This document shows positions 21,780 through 34,119 of a stretch of 64,000 nucleotides of DNA, piece by piece. Origin of the DNA: Leucoraja erinacea (taxonomy: Eukaryota); the NCBI RefSeq assembly GCF_028641065.1, contig NC_073382.1, forward strand, positions 11,408,001 through 11,472,000, in the 5' to 3' direction. The notes under the pieces are model-generated. The model searched no databases and was not told where the DNA came from. It worked only from the letters and a program-made list of their open reading frames with translations. How positions within the stretch are numbered: the stretch's first letter is position 1; each line of letters starts with the position of its first letter. Made by a program: the position numbers and the translations under genes.

Positions 21780-23619
21780 CAAACTGAAATACATCCTGTG
21801 TAATGCTTAATTCATTACTGTAAAATATTCCCAAACTACTAGATGTCCTATTTCCATCGAGTTTTGAACAATTGTTTGCAAGATTATAAATGGAAATTTA
21901 GATTTTGGCTATCTCAATTTTGTGTATTTAAAAATCAATAAACACCTGAGATTCGCATTACATGCAATTAAAATCGTTACTGCATTTCTCTATGAATTAT
22001 CTGCTAAATAATTATTGCTTTCCAACTTGCAGTGTGGAGACAGGATGATTCAAAGTTTATATTATATCTTGAGTTGGGAAAGAGGTAAATAGCAGTCTCG
22101 TCGCTCTGACTGTCATAACAACCTAATTTTCTCAAACTGTATTCCTGTGTATATGCCCAATAATAAATAAATGACAAATGTGCATTTTTTAAACCAAATA
22201 AGAACTTTTATTCAGGTAATCTTAGGTGAAGGGTATTTAAGAGAAAGAATACTTTAGTGCATGTGTGGAGATGGGGCAGGAAGTCTCAGCGAATGTAAGA
22301 GAGTGAAAGAGCCATTTTAACAATAAGGAATACTGTTTGAATACTTAGCACAAACCACCTTTCCTGAACTCATGCAGACATTGCTGAACTTATTCTTGCA
22401 CTAAACGTTATTCCCTTTATCCTGTATCTGTACTGATTGTACTGAACGCAACAAAAAAAGCTTTTCACTGTACCTCGGCGAACTATCTTACAGCCAATTG
22501 AGTACTTTTGAAATATAGTCACATTTTCAATAAAGGAAATTTAACAAGCGGAGCGAAGAGATTTAGAAAGGTACAATGTAGGGACGGGCTCTCAGCTGGC
22601 TTCATCCATGCTGACTAAACCCATATACTTTCCTATCCAAATACCTGTTCAAATGCTTTTTACATGTTATTATTGTATTTGCCTCCACCACCTTCTCTGG
22701 CTTCCCATTCCAGAAAGCCACCACTCTCTGTGTGGGAACCTTTCTCCGTGGAAATAAAAACGACGAGGTTGGGAAGAGGTGGGAGACTGGCTGGCTGGCA
22801 GTCCGCCAGACTCGGCGGTTGGAGCGTTGGCCCGAAGACGCCTTTTAAGTTCTTGAAAAACCTACGACGACGTGTATCAGCATTGAAAATAGTTTCAGGA
22901 GCAATGATAACCAATGCGAAGGTAGCTTAAAACGAAACAGATAAATTACATTATAATTACTATTCAGTAGAAAGGGTATAACAAAATTGCCTTATTATCT
23001 GCTTCTACCATCAGGTGATGTTAACATCCCACTTTGTGGTGTCACAATTGAGTATTTTACCTACATGACTTGAGCTGAAGTGCTTTTGTACAGAGGAAAT
23101 GGCTTTTGAATGTCCTTTTACCGTTCTCTTCACAACACTCTGTCTAAGCAGTAGTGAGGTGATAATGATAGCCATTGGTGACTTTTTAAACCTCCTACTT
23201 ATGTTATATAAAATAATACAGGGTGTGAAAACTGTTCTAAGCTCAATTCAGCATCTGCAATCTGTCATTATCCTATGTGACACGCAATATACACAGGCTG
23301 TTGAACATTTCAGGAAAGCGCTATCTTCTCAATGCAGAAATATCTCTGGAAGTAGAAAACAATAACTCTCGTTACGCATGGTGATTGGGGGACAGGGATA
23401 GGAGGGGTTCAAAACTGAGCCCTCGACAACGACACAACAAACAACAAGGAGCAGTCTTCCAGCCCAGCAGAACACGGTGCTGACAGACATCTACTACATA
23501 TAACAACATTGTATTGGTATACAGAATAATGCAATTTCAACCCTTTTCAGAAGTCTTCACAAACGTTGCCCCCACGTACGAAAAATACTGAAAAAGCTCA
23601 GCAAGTGACTATTGTGAGG

Positions 23620-24092
23620 AAGGATACCGAACAAAAAGTAGTAAACACAGCCCAGTCCATCGTCAGCTCTGACCTCCCTTCCATCGAGGGGATCTATCGC
23701 AGTCGCTGCCTCAAAAAAGCTGGCAGTATCATCAAGGACCCACACCGTCCTGGCCACACACTCATCTCCCTGCTACCTTCAGGTAGAAGGTACAGGAGCC
23801 TGAATACTGCAACGACCAGGTTCGGGAATAGCTACTTCCCCACAGCCATCAGGCTATTAAGCTTGGCTCGAACAAAACTCTGAACATTAATAGCCCATTA
23901 TCTGTTATTTGCACTTTCTCAGTTTATTTATTCGTGTGTGTATATATTTATTTAATGGTATATGGACACACTGGTCTGTTTTGTAATCAGTGACTACTAT
24001 GTTCTGTTGTGCTGAAGCAAAGCACGAATGTCATTGTCCTATCAGGGACACATGACAATAAACTCACTTGAACACATGAACTTGAACTTGAA
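23620..24092 (+). mobile_element. Rex1-type LINE 3' end
   Basis: RCLKKAGSIIKDPHRPGH..LPSGRRYRS..SYFPTAIRLL; tail gacaataaactcacttgaac. Confidence 0.85.
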
Positions 24093-25621
24093 ATGTTAAC
24101 AGTTTCTCTTTCCACATGCTCTGCCTGAGCTGTCGAGTGCTTCCATCATTTCTATTTTTATTTCGGATTTGTAGCATCTGCAGTATTTGTTTTAATGTTC
24201 CCTTCATTTCGTCCCGCCTCCCCTTGTCTTGTATTGATTTCAATGTTATCTCATGCTTTTCTAGCTGCCGGCAACCCAATATGATTTTTTTCTTGCATAT
24301 TTGACATCATGCCACCTGATTAGATTAGTTTGTGGACATGTACAACAGGGTGTAATTACATTCCTCCTTCGCGTGAAATCCACAGAGTAAACAATTTACG
24401 TAATGATAGATACAAAAATAAATATTAATAATTTCATAAATTCACGTGATATGAGCAGAATTAGGCCATTCGGCCCATCGAGTCTACTCCGCCATTCAAT
24501 CATGGATGGTCTTATCTTTCCCTCTCAACCGAATTTTCCTGCCTTTATTAAATCAAGAATCTAACTATCTCTGCCTTACAAATGATATATATAGCAGAAT
24601 GGTGCAAGCAAAGATTGTGGTACAATTTGAAAAAGTGCAAAAATTCCTAAAGTGCAAATCGTGCAATAACTAAAAGAGGTACAATTATAAGCAAGAGTTA
24701 GTGGCAATACTTCTGGGAATGCGGCGCTAAATAGGTGGTTGGTTCAGGAGTCCGATAGCAGTGGGGCGAAAGCTGTTGTTACATCTGGACACAAATTGCT
24801 GGAGTAACTCGGGCAGCATCTCTGGAGAGCATGGATAGCTGGCGTTTGGAGTCGGGACCCTTCTTTAGACAAATTGTGTGTGTGTCGGGGAGGTGAGGGT
24901 GGAAACCCGGGCTTTCAACCTGATAACCTCAGCTCCCACGGTTCAGTTAAATGACACAGTAAAAGGAAAGGTAGGCCTTGCACATTATGATCGGTATTCG
25001 CCCTCCACGTGAAATGTTCCTTGAATCGCTTTCGGTCAGGCAGGCTGAAAATGAGCAAGTCAGAAAACGCGTCGATTACCTTGGGGTGTGATTGGAGCCT
25101 CCATCGTATCACGTTGGCTCCTGGGCTGCCAATGTCACGGCGTGTTCAATCCGAAGGATTCACAGAGATCTTCTATTTACTATATTTTCATAATTTTAAA
25201 GCGTTTTTTACATTCCCTACAAATCCCTGCAGAATCAGCAAACCTGCCACCGGCTTCTTTTTCCTGAAGAGATAGAATAACGCGAAGGTAGCCGGAAATG
25301 GGGAAAGCAAATACCTCCTAGGGAATGGCGTTGGTGAGGTAACGAGACGAGGGAGTTGCTAAAAGTGCACTGGGCAAAAGTGGACGAAGACTGATAATTT
25401 CTGTTTTCATTTTAAAACGTTAACTGTGAATAATGGACACAGGTCATCACGAGAAACACATTGTGTCATTTCCCAAGGGATGGCCAAATCTGGGTGCTGG
25501 CACAAAAGATACAGAGCTTGGACAAATCTCTAAAAAATAGCGAGGCTGCGCGATTTTAAGATCAGGAAAGAAACATTGGCTGTTAACAAACTTTCCACCG
25601 CACTGATGGACTGTTAGAGTA

Positions 25622-25805
25622 GCATAGAAGCATAGAAACATAGAAATTAGGTGCAGGAGTAGGCCATTCGGCCCTTCGAGCCTGCACCGCCATTCAATAT
25701 GATCATGGCTGATCATCCAACTCAGTATCCCGTACCTGGCTTCTCTCCATGCCCTCTGATCCCCTTAGCCACAAGGGCCACATCTAACTCCCTCTTAAAT
25801 ATAGC
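25622..25805 (-). mobile_element. Short CR1 3' tail
   Basis: (catagaaa)n..aggccattcggccc..ctcttaaatatagc. Confidence 0.85.
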
Positions 25806-25959
25806 ATAAATAAATGTAACATAGGAAGAAAATATATATTCGAAAGATCACGTGTGGAGTGAGAATATAATGATATTTTTGGATCTATTAATTATACGAA
25901 TTACATAACTCCTAAGGATCAACCATCCCCTCGTCATCGCGTAAATGGGTAGAACTAAT

Positions 25960-26250
25960 TTATGAATAAGGGGTAGGCCATTTCGGACTGAGATGAGGAA
26001 ACACATTTCACCCAGAGAGTTGTAAATCTGTGGAATTCTCTGCCACAAAAGGCAGTGGAGGCCAATTCACTGAATGTTTTCCAAGAGAGAGTTAGATTTA
26101 GCTCTCAGCGCTAAAGGGTTCAAGGGATATGCGGAAAAGAGCAGGAACGGTGTACTAATCTCGGATGATCAACCATGATCATATTAAATGGCGGCGATGA
26201 CTCGAAGGGCCGAATGGCCTACTCCTTCATCAATTTTCTATGTTTCTATA
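25960..26250 (+). mobile_element. CR1 3' end
   Basis: ggactgagatgaggaaa..cagagagttgtaaatctgtggaattctctgcc..gggccgaatggcctactcc. Confidence 0.8.
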
Positions 26251-27305
26251 TCGCAGCTGTGATCTGGATTAAATACATCAATTCAACCATTGTGCACTCC
26301 TACAAACATTGAACGTGGATTCGTTTATATCCATTTATTGCCAATGTGGTAAACAAGCGAGTTGACGGTAAATAAAATGAATTACGAAAAACAATCACAA
26401 AGCAATCCCCCTTCGTATAACTCTAACAGCAGAATGTTAGTTTATATCCATGTTGCAAAGATTGTGGTGCAACCCGAAGTAGGGAGGCCTGCGTGAGTCT
26501 TCTCAGATCTCCAAGTGGGAATTGTTTTGGTTTGATCACGGAATTGGTGATACGGAAACCAAGGAACCCGAAGTTGCTGATCATCTCTACAGTTTTCCAT
26601 TAATGAGGACAGGGTTGTCTTCACCACCACCCCCATCCCAGCCATTCATTAGGTCAACAACCTACTCATTTCTCTTAGTGCTGTCAAGGGTTAAGTTGTT
26701 GATCCTGCAATTGGTTTTAAAATTAATTTATCTTAATCTTAGAGAAATATATCCATACACTTTAAATGAACTTCCAACCATCATTCATAGTTGTACGGCA
26801 TGGAAACAGGCCCACAAAGCAACTCATCCATACCAACCAAAGTCTCCATCTGAGTTAGTCCTATTGACCCGCATTTGGACTTTACCGCATAAACGTTTTC
26901 TATCCATGTACGTCCAATGTCTTTACAATGTATTTTAATCAATTTTATCTCGAAATGTTTGCGACCAGAAAGCGTGAAATCTTGCTCGTGACCAGCTGCC
27001 TCGTTCCAAATGGGCCAACTCAGAACCAATATAGACAAAGAAGCTAAACACCATGGCAAGGCTTTATCCCGGAAAACGCCAACGCCTGTGCATCTCATCG
27101 TGAACTGTACTGTGATTGTGTCATCAGGTAAGCAGATTGAGGCAGAATCCTACAGATTCTACAATATCTTACTCCAAATTTGACTTCAGCTCCCAAGAAT
27201 TCCCATCAAAGAGCTTTAAGATCAGTTTGAAGAAAAATCACAGCGACATCGTCAGTTTATATGCTAGTTAACAGAAACCTAACCTACACAGTAAATCACT
27301 AGTGT

Positions 27306-27469
27306 GTAGAGATGCGGCAGTGGTTCACCTGCACCTCCTCCAACCTCATCCATTGCATCCGCTGCTCTAGGTGTCAGCTGCTCTACATCGGTGAGACCAA
27401 GCGTAGGCTTGGCGATCGCTCCGCTCAGCTCGCAATAACCAACCAGATCTCCCGGTGGCTCAGCACATC

Positions 27470-27505
<36 letters not shown>

Positions 27506-27885
27506 CCATCCCATTCCGACTCCACCCTTTCCGTCCTGGGCCTCGTCCATGGCCAGAGTGAGGCCCATCGTAAATTGGAGGAGCAGCACCTCATATTTCG
27601 CTTGGCTCGTTTACACCCCAACGGTATGAACATTGACTTCTCCAATTTCAGGTAGTCCCTGCTTTCTCATTGCTTCCCCTCCCCTTCCCAGCTCTCCCGA
27701 AGCCCACTGTCTTCGCCTCTTCCTTTCTTCTTCCCACCCCCCACCCCCATATCAGTCTGAAGAAGGGTCTTGACCCAAAACGTCACCTATTTCCTTCGCT
27801 CCGTAGATGCTGCCTCGTCCGCTGAGTTTCTCCAGCATTTTTGTCTACCTTCGATCTTCCAGCATCTGCAGTTCCTTCTTAAACA
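27306..27885 (+). mobile_element. 5'-truncated Penelope (GIY-YIG and pLTR)
   Basis: FTCTSSNLIHCIRCSRCQLLYIGETKRRLGDR; RKLEEQHLIFRL; direct repeat acagtaaatcactagtgt at 27288-27305 and 27883-27900. Confidence 0.9.
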
Positions 27886-28865
27886 GTAAATCACTAGTGT
27901 TGCTTTCTGATGATTTATTGCCAATTATGCAAACATATGAACTAGGACAACTTGGCCCTGCAAAACGACCCCTCCATTAATAAAATCATGGCTGTAACTA
28001 TAACCCTGCATTCGCATCTATCTGTCTACGGTTAAGAATAAACCGGGGTAAAAGTGTAGGGATAACAAAAGGGAAAGAAGGAGGCAGAGAGAGTGCAGAA
28101 TGCTGTTAAAGTGACATTAATAATATCAATCTAAATGTACTTTAGTAGGAACAATGTTCATGGCGACTGGCTAAAAGAGCGAGCATTATTGCCCAAGTGC
28201 ATCCTGTTCACGAAGGGCAAGACAAACATAATCTGGTCAATCATCACCCAATCTTTTATGAGTCATGGAACAATGCCTTTGATAGCACCACGGAATGGCA
28301 CGGACACATTAATAACCTCTTTCTTGATGCCCAGGTTGGGTTTTGCCAGTCCAGAACTGATTGCAATGTTGGTCCTTTACTTGAGTCAAAAAGATAAATT
28401 CCAGAGGTAAGCTAAATGTGAGGCCCTTAACATTAAGGCAGCATTTGACTAAATGTAACATCAAGGGTAACACTGCAATCATTGGGCTTCAGGCAAAAAC
28501 ATTCCAGTGTTGGAGCTGTACTTCCCATAGTCCCAGGTCATTACTGTAGGAGTTCTTCAAGGCAGAGGTAAGGACCCAATTACCTCCAATTATATCATTG
28601 CCTTCCGAAATAAAATTAGAAGTGGCGTGTATCGGTGAATGCACAATGTTCATTCAAGATAGAACCTAACAACTAGTCTGGAGAAGGGTCAAAATAGCCT
28701 GCCCATTTTCCCCAGTTGCTGCCTTGTACCGCCGAGTTCGTCCAAGCGTTTATCTTTGCTCAAATATCTAGTAACTGCAGTCTCTTGTGTAACTATCTCT
28801 TTACCTTCATGACCTTTACACTATTGGTCATGCCTCTGCCATCAACCTCCTGGACGGTGGGGGGT

Positions 28866-28900
<35 letters not shown>

Positions 28901-29039
28901 AGACATAGTCCCCTTTGACTAGAAACTCGACCAGCCGCATAAATATCGGGTGGAGTGTAACCTGGATTGCTGGTAGAAGTGGATGTGGAAATTTGCAGAA
29001 TGGCAAATGGATACACGTGTTAAGTTTAAGGTTTTTTTT

Positions 29040-30295
29040 AAACAGAACATCTTTTACTTCGCTCCAAATATCTAGTTTGTGTCAGAAGATTGGATAATTG
29101 CAAAGGTTGTACCCTTTGTTTAAAAACGTTAACCATGGACAAACCTGGATACCATAGAGAGGCTAGTGAGCCTAACTTGGCAGTGATGTAGCTTTTAGAG
29201 AGATAATGGGAATGAGGAATAGGCAATTGTAGGAGCGTGAATAAAGAATGGAAAGCTAGCTGGGATCGATTGAAGTCAATTTGTGTGTGACTAACCCAAC
29301 TAAGGTTTTAACGAATGCAATATTGAGATGGTTGAGAACTATGTGTTTATATATATATATATTAAAGTATCTGACATTGCCGAGTACAAAATGTTGGATA
29401 CCCAAACGGAAGCCATTGGACTATGATGCTCAGGAGGAGAATTGGTTGTGGAAATGGCTTTGTCTCAGAAAGCAGGACGTTGCGATAAATAGCAAAACAT
29501 AAAATGCAGAAGTAACTCAGCGGGTTGGAGCAGCATCTGTGGGGGAAATGGCTAGGTGACGTTTTGGGTCTTCACATATGCAGCCTAGCCCGCTGAGTTA
29601 CTCCAGCACTTTGTTTTTTTTGCTCAATATTCCAGCACCTACAGTCCCCTGTGTCTCCATTTGAGATAAATAGTTGTTCTTCGAACTGGAAGCCAGGGTG
29701 TGCTGTTCCCCTGAAACTGGCGCTTGGGTTATAATCTATTCCACTTGAAAGGATGCAAGACATACGCATTTAAAATTTGCAGATATCGCAAATCCTGGAA
29801 CTGTGGTAAATATCAAGAAAACGATTGCAGGCAGCGTGTATATGGGTAGGCAGGTGGAATGAGCAGGGATTGAGATTCGACATACATCACTCTATAGTGA
29901 TACAATATCAACCAAAAACAAAACGAGACAATAAATGACAAATTATGCAATTCCAAAATGGGTGCAAGACAGGGACCCGGGCTTGTCAGTGCACCAGCTT
30001 TGAGATAGTAGAATGAGGATGTTTTAAAGTAAGCATCGTCAATTTATGACTCTGATGATTCTATTTTCCCCCCTCAGAATGGCTAGTCTTTGGAAATCTT
30101 GACCCATGGAAGGGCGGATGAAGCAAATTTTGAACAAGGGGGATGAGGAAGATATGTAGAGAAATAATACGATAAAGTTTACAGAGTAGAAGGGCAAGTG
30201 GAACTTTCAATCCTATCATCCAAGATTTTATTAAGAGGCAGAGAACCCGTGGGGCAAATAGCCTACTCCTGTTTTGCTCTTATACCACCTTGGCC
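29040..30295 (+). mobile_element. Very old CR1 remnants with an inserted fold-back pLTR (about 29500-29660)
   Basis: aaaatttgcagat, ggtaaatatcaag; pLTR arms gtaactcagcggg / cccgctgagttac. Confidence 0.45.
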
Positions 30296-30359
30296 TTGGT
30301 TTCTTGGTTTCTTGGTCCTCCAAAATATTCCAAATGGAATTTTTAAACTGGAAGTGGTA

Positions 30360-30795
30360 CCCCATCTCCCCCCTCTCCCCACACCTCTCTCCCCCCTCCC
30401 TCTCTCCTCCCCTCCCCCCGCCCCTCTCTCCTCCCCCTCTCCATCTCCCTCTCCCTCACCCTTCTCCCTCTCTCCTCTCTCTCCTCCTCCCCACCCCATC
30501 CCTCTCTCCCACAACCCCCTTCCCTCTCTACCCCACCCCTTCCCTCTCTCCCTCCCTCCCCCCCCACCCCACCCCTCCGTCCCTCTTCCACCTCTCCCCC
30601 TACCCCTCCCTCCCCACTCTTCCACCTCTCCCACTTACCCCACCCTACTCCCTCTCCCTCCTCCACTCCCTCTCTCTCCCCTCCCTCCCCCCCCTCCCTC
30701 CTCTCTCATCCCCCACCCCCTTCCCCTATCTCTCTGTCCCTCTTCCACCACTCCCCCTACCCCTCTACCCCTCCCTCCCTACCCACTCTTCCACT
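30360..30795. repeat. C/T-rich low-complexity tract
   Basis: About 430 bp almost devoid of G on the plus strand. Confidence 0.9.
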
Positions 30796-32379
30796 TCTTG
30801 AAAACAGATGTACACCACCCATGCGCTGACTGTTCAATGCTCTACTAATCTGTATCGGGATTCCCATTAGTTCACACGTTGCAAGATGTGTAGGAAGCCA
30901 TGACTTCTGTGAAGATAGTGACGGTACACAGCCATGCTCACTGGTGGCTGGTAGCAAAAGGCTAGACTTGCCCTTTGCCGGTAGCGCAGTCCTGTTTGTA
31001 CTCATGGAGTCTAAAGTATGACAAATATCACCCAATAAGATCTCAGCTGTCACAGCAAAGTTCTGTGTTGTTCACATCTACCACTCATTAAACCCACAGA
31101 TTCGAGTTCTACATAGATAATCGGATAAACATTGGTACACAGCACCTGAAAATGCTGGAAATACTCAGCAGGTTAGACAGCATCAGTGAATTTGGAAACA
31201 ATTAATGCTTCAGGTCACATCTCGCTGGAGATAAATTGAGAAGGGAGAGGAGAAGAGAACAGTGTTAACGTGAAGTCTAGGAGAAATAGAGAGCACGATT
31301 GGTGTGGTATCTGCTAAAAAATCGTGTTAGAGGCTATTGAATTATAAAAGGCATACCTGGAGGGCAATGTACGCGTTGTAAACATTAATATCGGACATAT
31401 AGAGCAACGATCAGAAGATATGGCATAGAATGTGTATCCGGTGCCGTGAACACAGCGTTTGAAAGGAGGATCATTCACGTACTGTTTGCCACAAGGAAGT
31501 ATATGGACACCGATTGCAGGCATATGAAATATATTCTTTCCACCCGCATTATGATAATCTCCCCCACTGGATGGATTAAATTGGGATTTCAAATAATTCA
31601 CCCATTTTAATTTTCTAAAAAAGCGCCCGTGTTTTTAGACAAAATAAAACATCTTGCATTATTAAGATACCATTCAAACCACAAAACCACGCGGTGTGTA
31701 ACAGCGGGGACAGTGAGTGCATACTGCACGGTAGGCTGAGTGGATCTCGGTGTAAACTCTTACTCCGTGGCAATGACATGCCGCGAGTATAATAGTTCAG
31801 CAGCGATGCCAAGCACAACTGTGGCGCGACTCCAAATTGCACAAATGGATTTAACGCTGTGTTCCTGGGAAACAAATGGTGAGACTCAGGACGGGATGTC
31901 GTCACGAAGCACTGGATTAAGAGCTGTGACAATAGGGAACATATCAGTGTGGACTTGTCTGATAAGGCTCTCACGAGGAATTTATTGGCGCAGTTGTTAT
32001 TTCTCTTTCTTTCTAATCTGGTTCAGCACATTCGTTCCATGCAATCTGTCTCCATAATCTCCTGTGACAGAATCACAACCAATAGCAGGCAATAAATGCG
32101 AGAGAACAGAAATATGCTAACGCCCGATAAAGTGCTGCTCATTACCTGTATTTAGGACGGTGTTAGATATGGACCCACTTTAAATCAGTAAACAACCAGT
32201 CGAGGCGTATTTTAGTGAGAAATATATTGGATAGGGGAAGATAAGCAGCACGAACAAGAGGGAATGGTCATAGGGTCGCTTTGCATTAGAAACCACTGCA
32301 ACAAACCAGATCAGCTCGTTGTTTTTTTTTGTAGCAAACACCCGCATAAGAGATTTTGTGGAGTACTTTGAAATAAGCG

Positions 32380-33045
32380 AGTCGCGGTGTGAGAATTGTA
32401 AACCTAATCTTCAGCCAAGTCGAAAATAAGGAAATAGCAACGGGAAGGAAGGAAGGAAAGTTATCTCACGAAAAGATACACCGTGAGTTCGTCTGGTCCC
32501 GTGTTGCAAACAATGTCATCTTATTTCAGTTATATAGGGCCTTGGTGAGACCGCGCCTGGTGTATTATCTACTCACCCAAGGAAGGGTATACATGTCAAT
32601 GCGGGAGTGTAACGAAGATTCACTAAACTTGTTCCGGTGGGTTGGCAATTTTGCCCTACGAGGTTGAAGAGTTGGGGACTATACTCTCTGGAGTTTAGCA
32701 GAACAGATCTCATTGTAGCTACAAACATTTTATAGGGGGGTCGCCACGCTCAGGTGATGTCCGGGTAAAAGGTAAAAGGTGAAGTTCAGAACCAAGACAC
32801 ACTTTTCGAGTAAGTGGTAGGTCATTTGGAACTGAGATGAGGATAAATATATTTCCTCTGAGTGTAGTGAACCTTTGCCATTCTCTATCGTGGAGGTCAT
32901 TAAAGATTGACTGGTATTTTGAATTTGAGGATATCGGGGCACATGGTGATAGAGATAGAAGGTGGCATTGAGATTCGCCATGGTTTTATAGAATGAAGGG
33001 ACAGATGACCGACTCGTGTTCCTATTTCTGATGTGCTTATGTTCA
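32380..33045 (+). mobile_element. Old CR1 3' remnant
   Basis: LFQLYRALVRPRL; ctctggagtttag. Confidence 0.6.
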
Positions 33046-34119
33046 ACTATTTGGATCAAGTGCTGACTATTTTCTGAAAGGCAGCACCATTCACTTTGGT
33101 GTATATTTAGTACCTTTGCAGATTTGATGCATTGAAAGCCTTTGCAAAACAGTGATTAGTTAACTACAGGTCTGGTAGAAAAGTCCATCATAGAATCAGT
33201 TGTCATAACAGTAGAGGGTGTTGCACAGAATCTAATAAAAATGAAATTATTACAGTAGTTACAAAAAAGTAGCATTCCTTTTCACTGGGTAACGAGTTAA
33301 AACACCGAATATACAAGAGAATTAGCTGAAAATAGCAACCTCAAAAACGTGCAATGCGCTCTTGGGTCTGTTTCTGAGTTTGTGAAGCACATTCTTGAGA
33401 AAGTCTTGGCCGAAGTGGGGACACGGGAGCCAGCAGCTATTTGAATCTGGAGCTAGATAATATGATCAATTTTATTACCTTTTTTACGAGCGCCCTCAAA
33501 TTACCCACCATCACCCTCCCCCATCCACCAGCTGGTTCCAGGTATCCCCTGTTTCAACCCTTCCTCTCTCCCCTTTACACTGGCTACCATTCTCTACGCT
33601 CTCAATCCTGATGCAAGGACTTGACCCGAAACATGGACCATGCCTTTACCTCCTCAGATTCTGCTTGACTAGTTCCTTCAGCAGTTGCTCTTTGCTGGGC
33701 CATTGTGGGTCAGAAAAAACTGGGGTTTGTTTAAGGGCAGATTATGTGTGTCGATGGCCCGGGTGGTGCATGCTGAAAACTGCAGTGCATGTCCGGTGTC
33801 TGAGGACTGTGTTGTCTGTTGAGTGGTGGAGGTGGTGTGTGTGTGTGGTGTGGATTGAATGGCAGCATGTACTGTATGTGCTGTATGCCGTGTGCTGAGT
33901 GCCAACATACATGTGATGTGTGCCGTGTGTTGAATGTCGAGGTGTTTTGAGGGCTGGAGTGTGTTGAGGGAAGTGCTGGTAGTAGATGTCTGATCTGAAC
34001 TACTGCCTTCAATTGTATTTATTTATGCCTACAATACTCTGTTGTGCTGAAGCAAAGCAAGAATTTCATTGTCCTATCTGGGACACATGACAATAAACTC
34101 TCTTGAATCTTGAATCTTC

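Noticed and set aside
30198-30848. Pro/Leu-rich ORFs (also 5485-6021 and 8763-9321)
   Set aside because: Translations of C/T-rich low-complexity DNA
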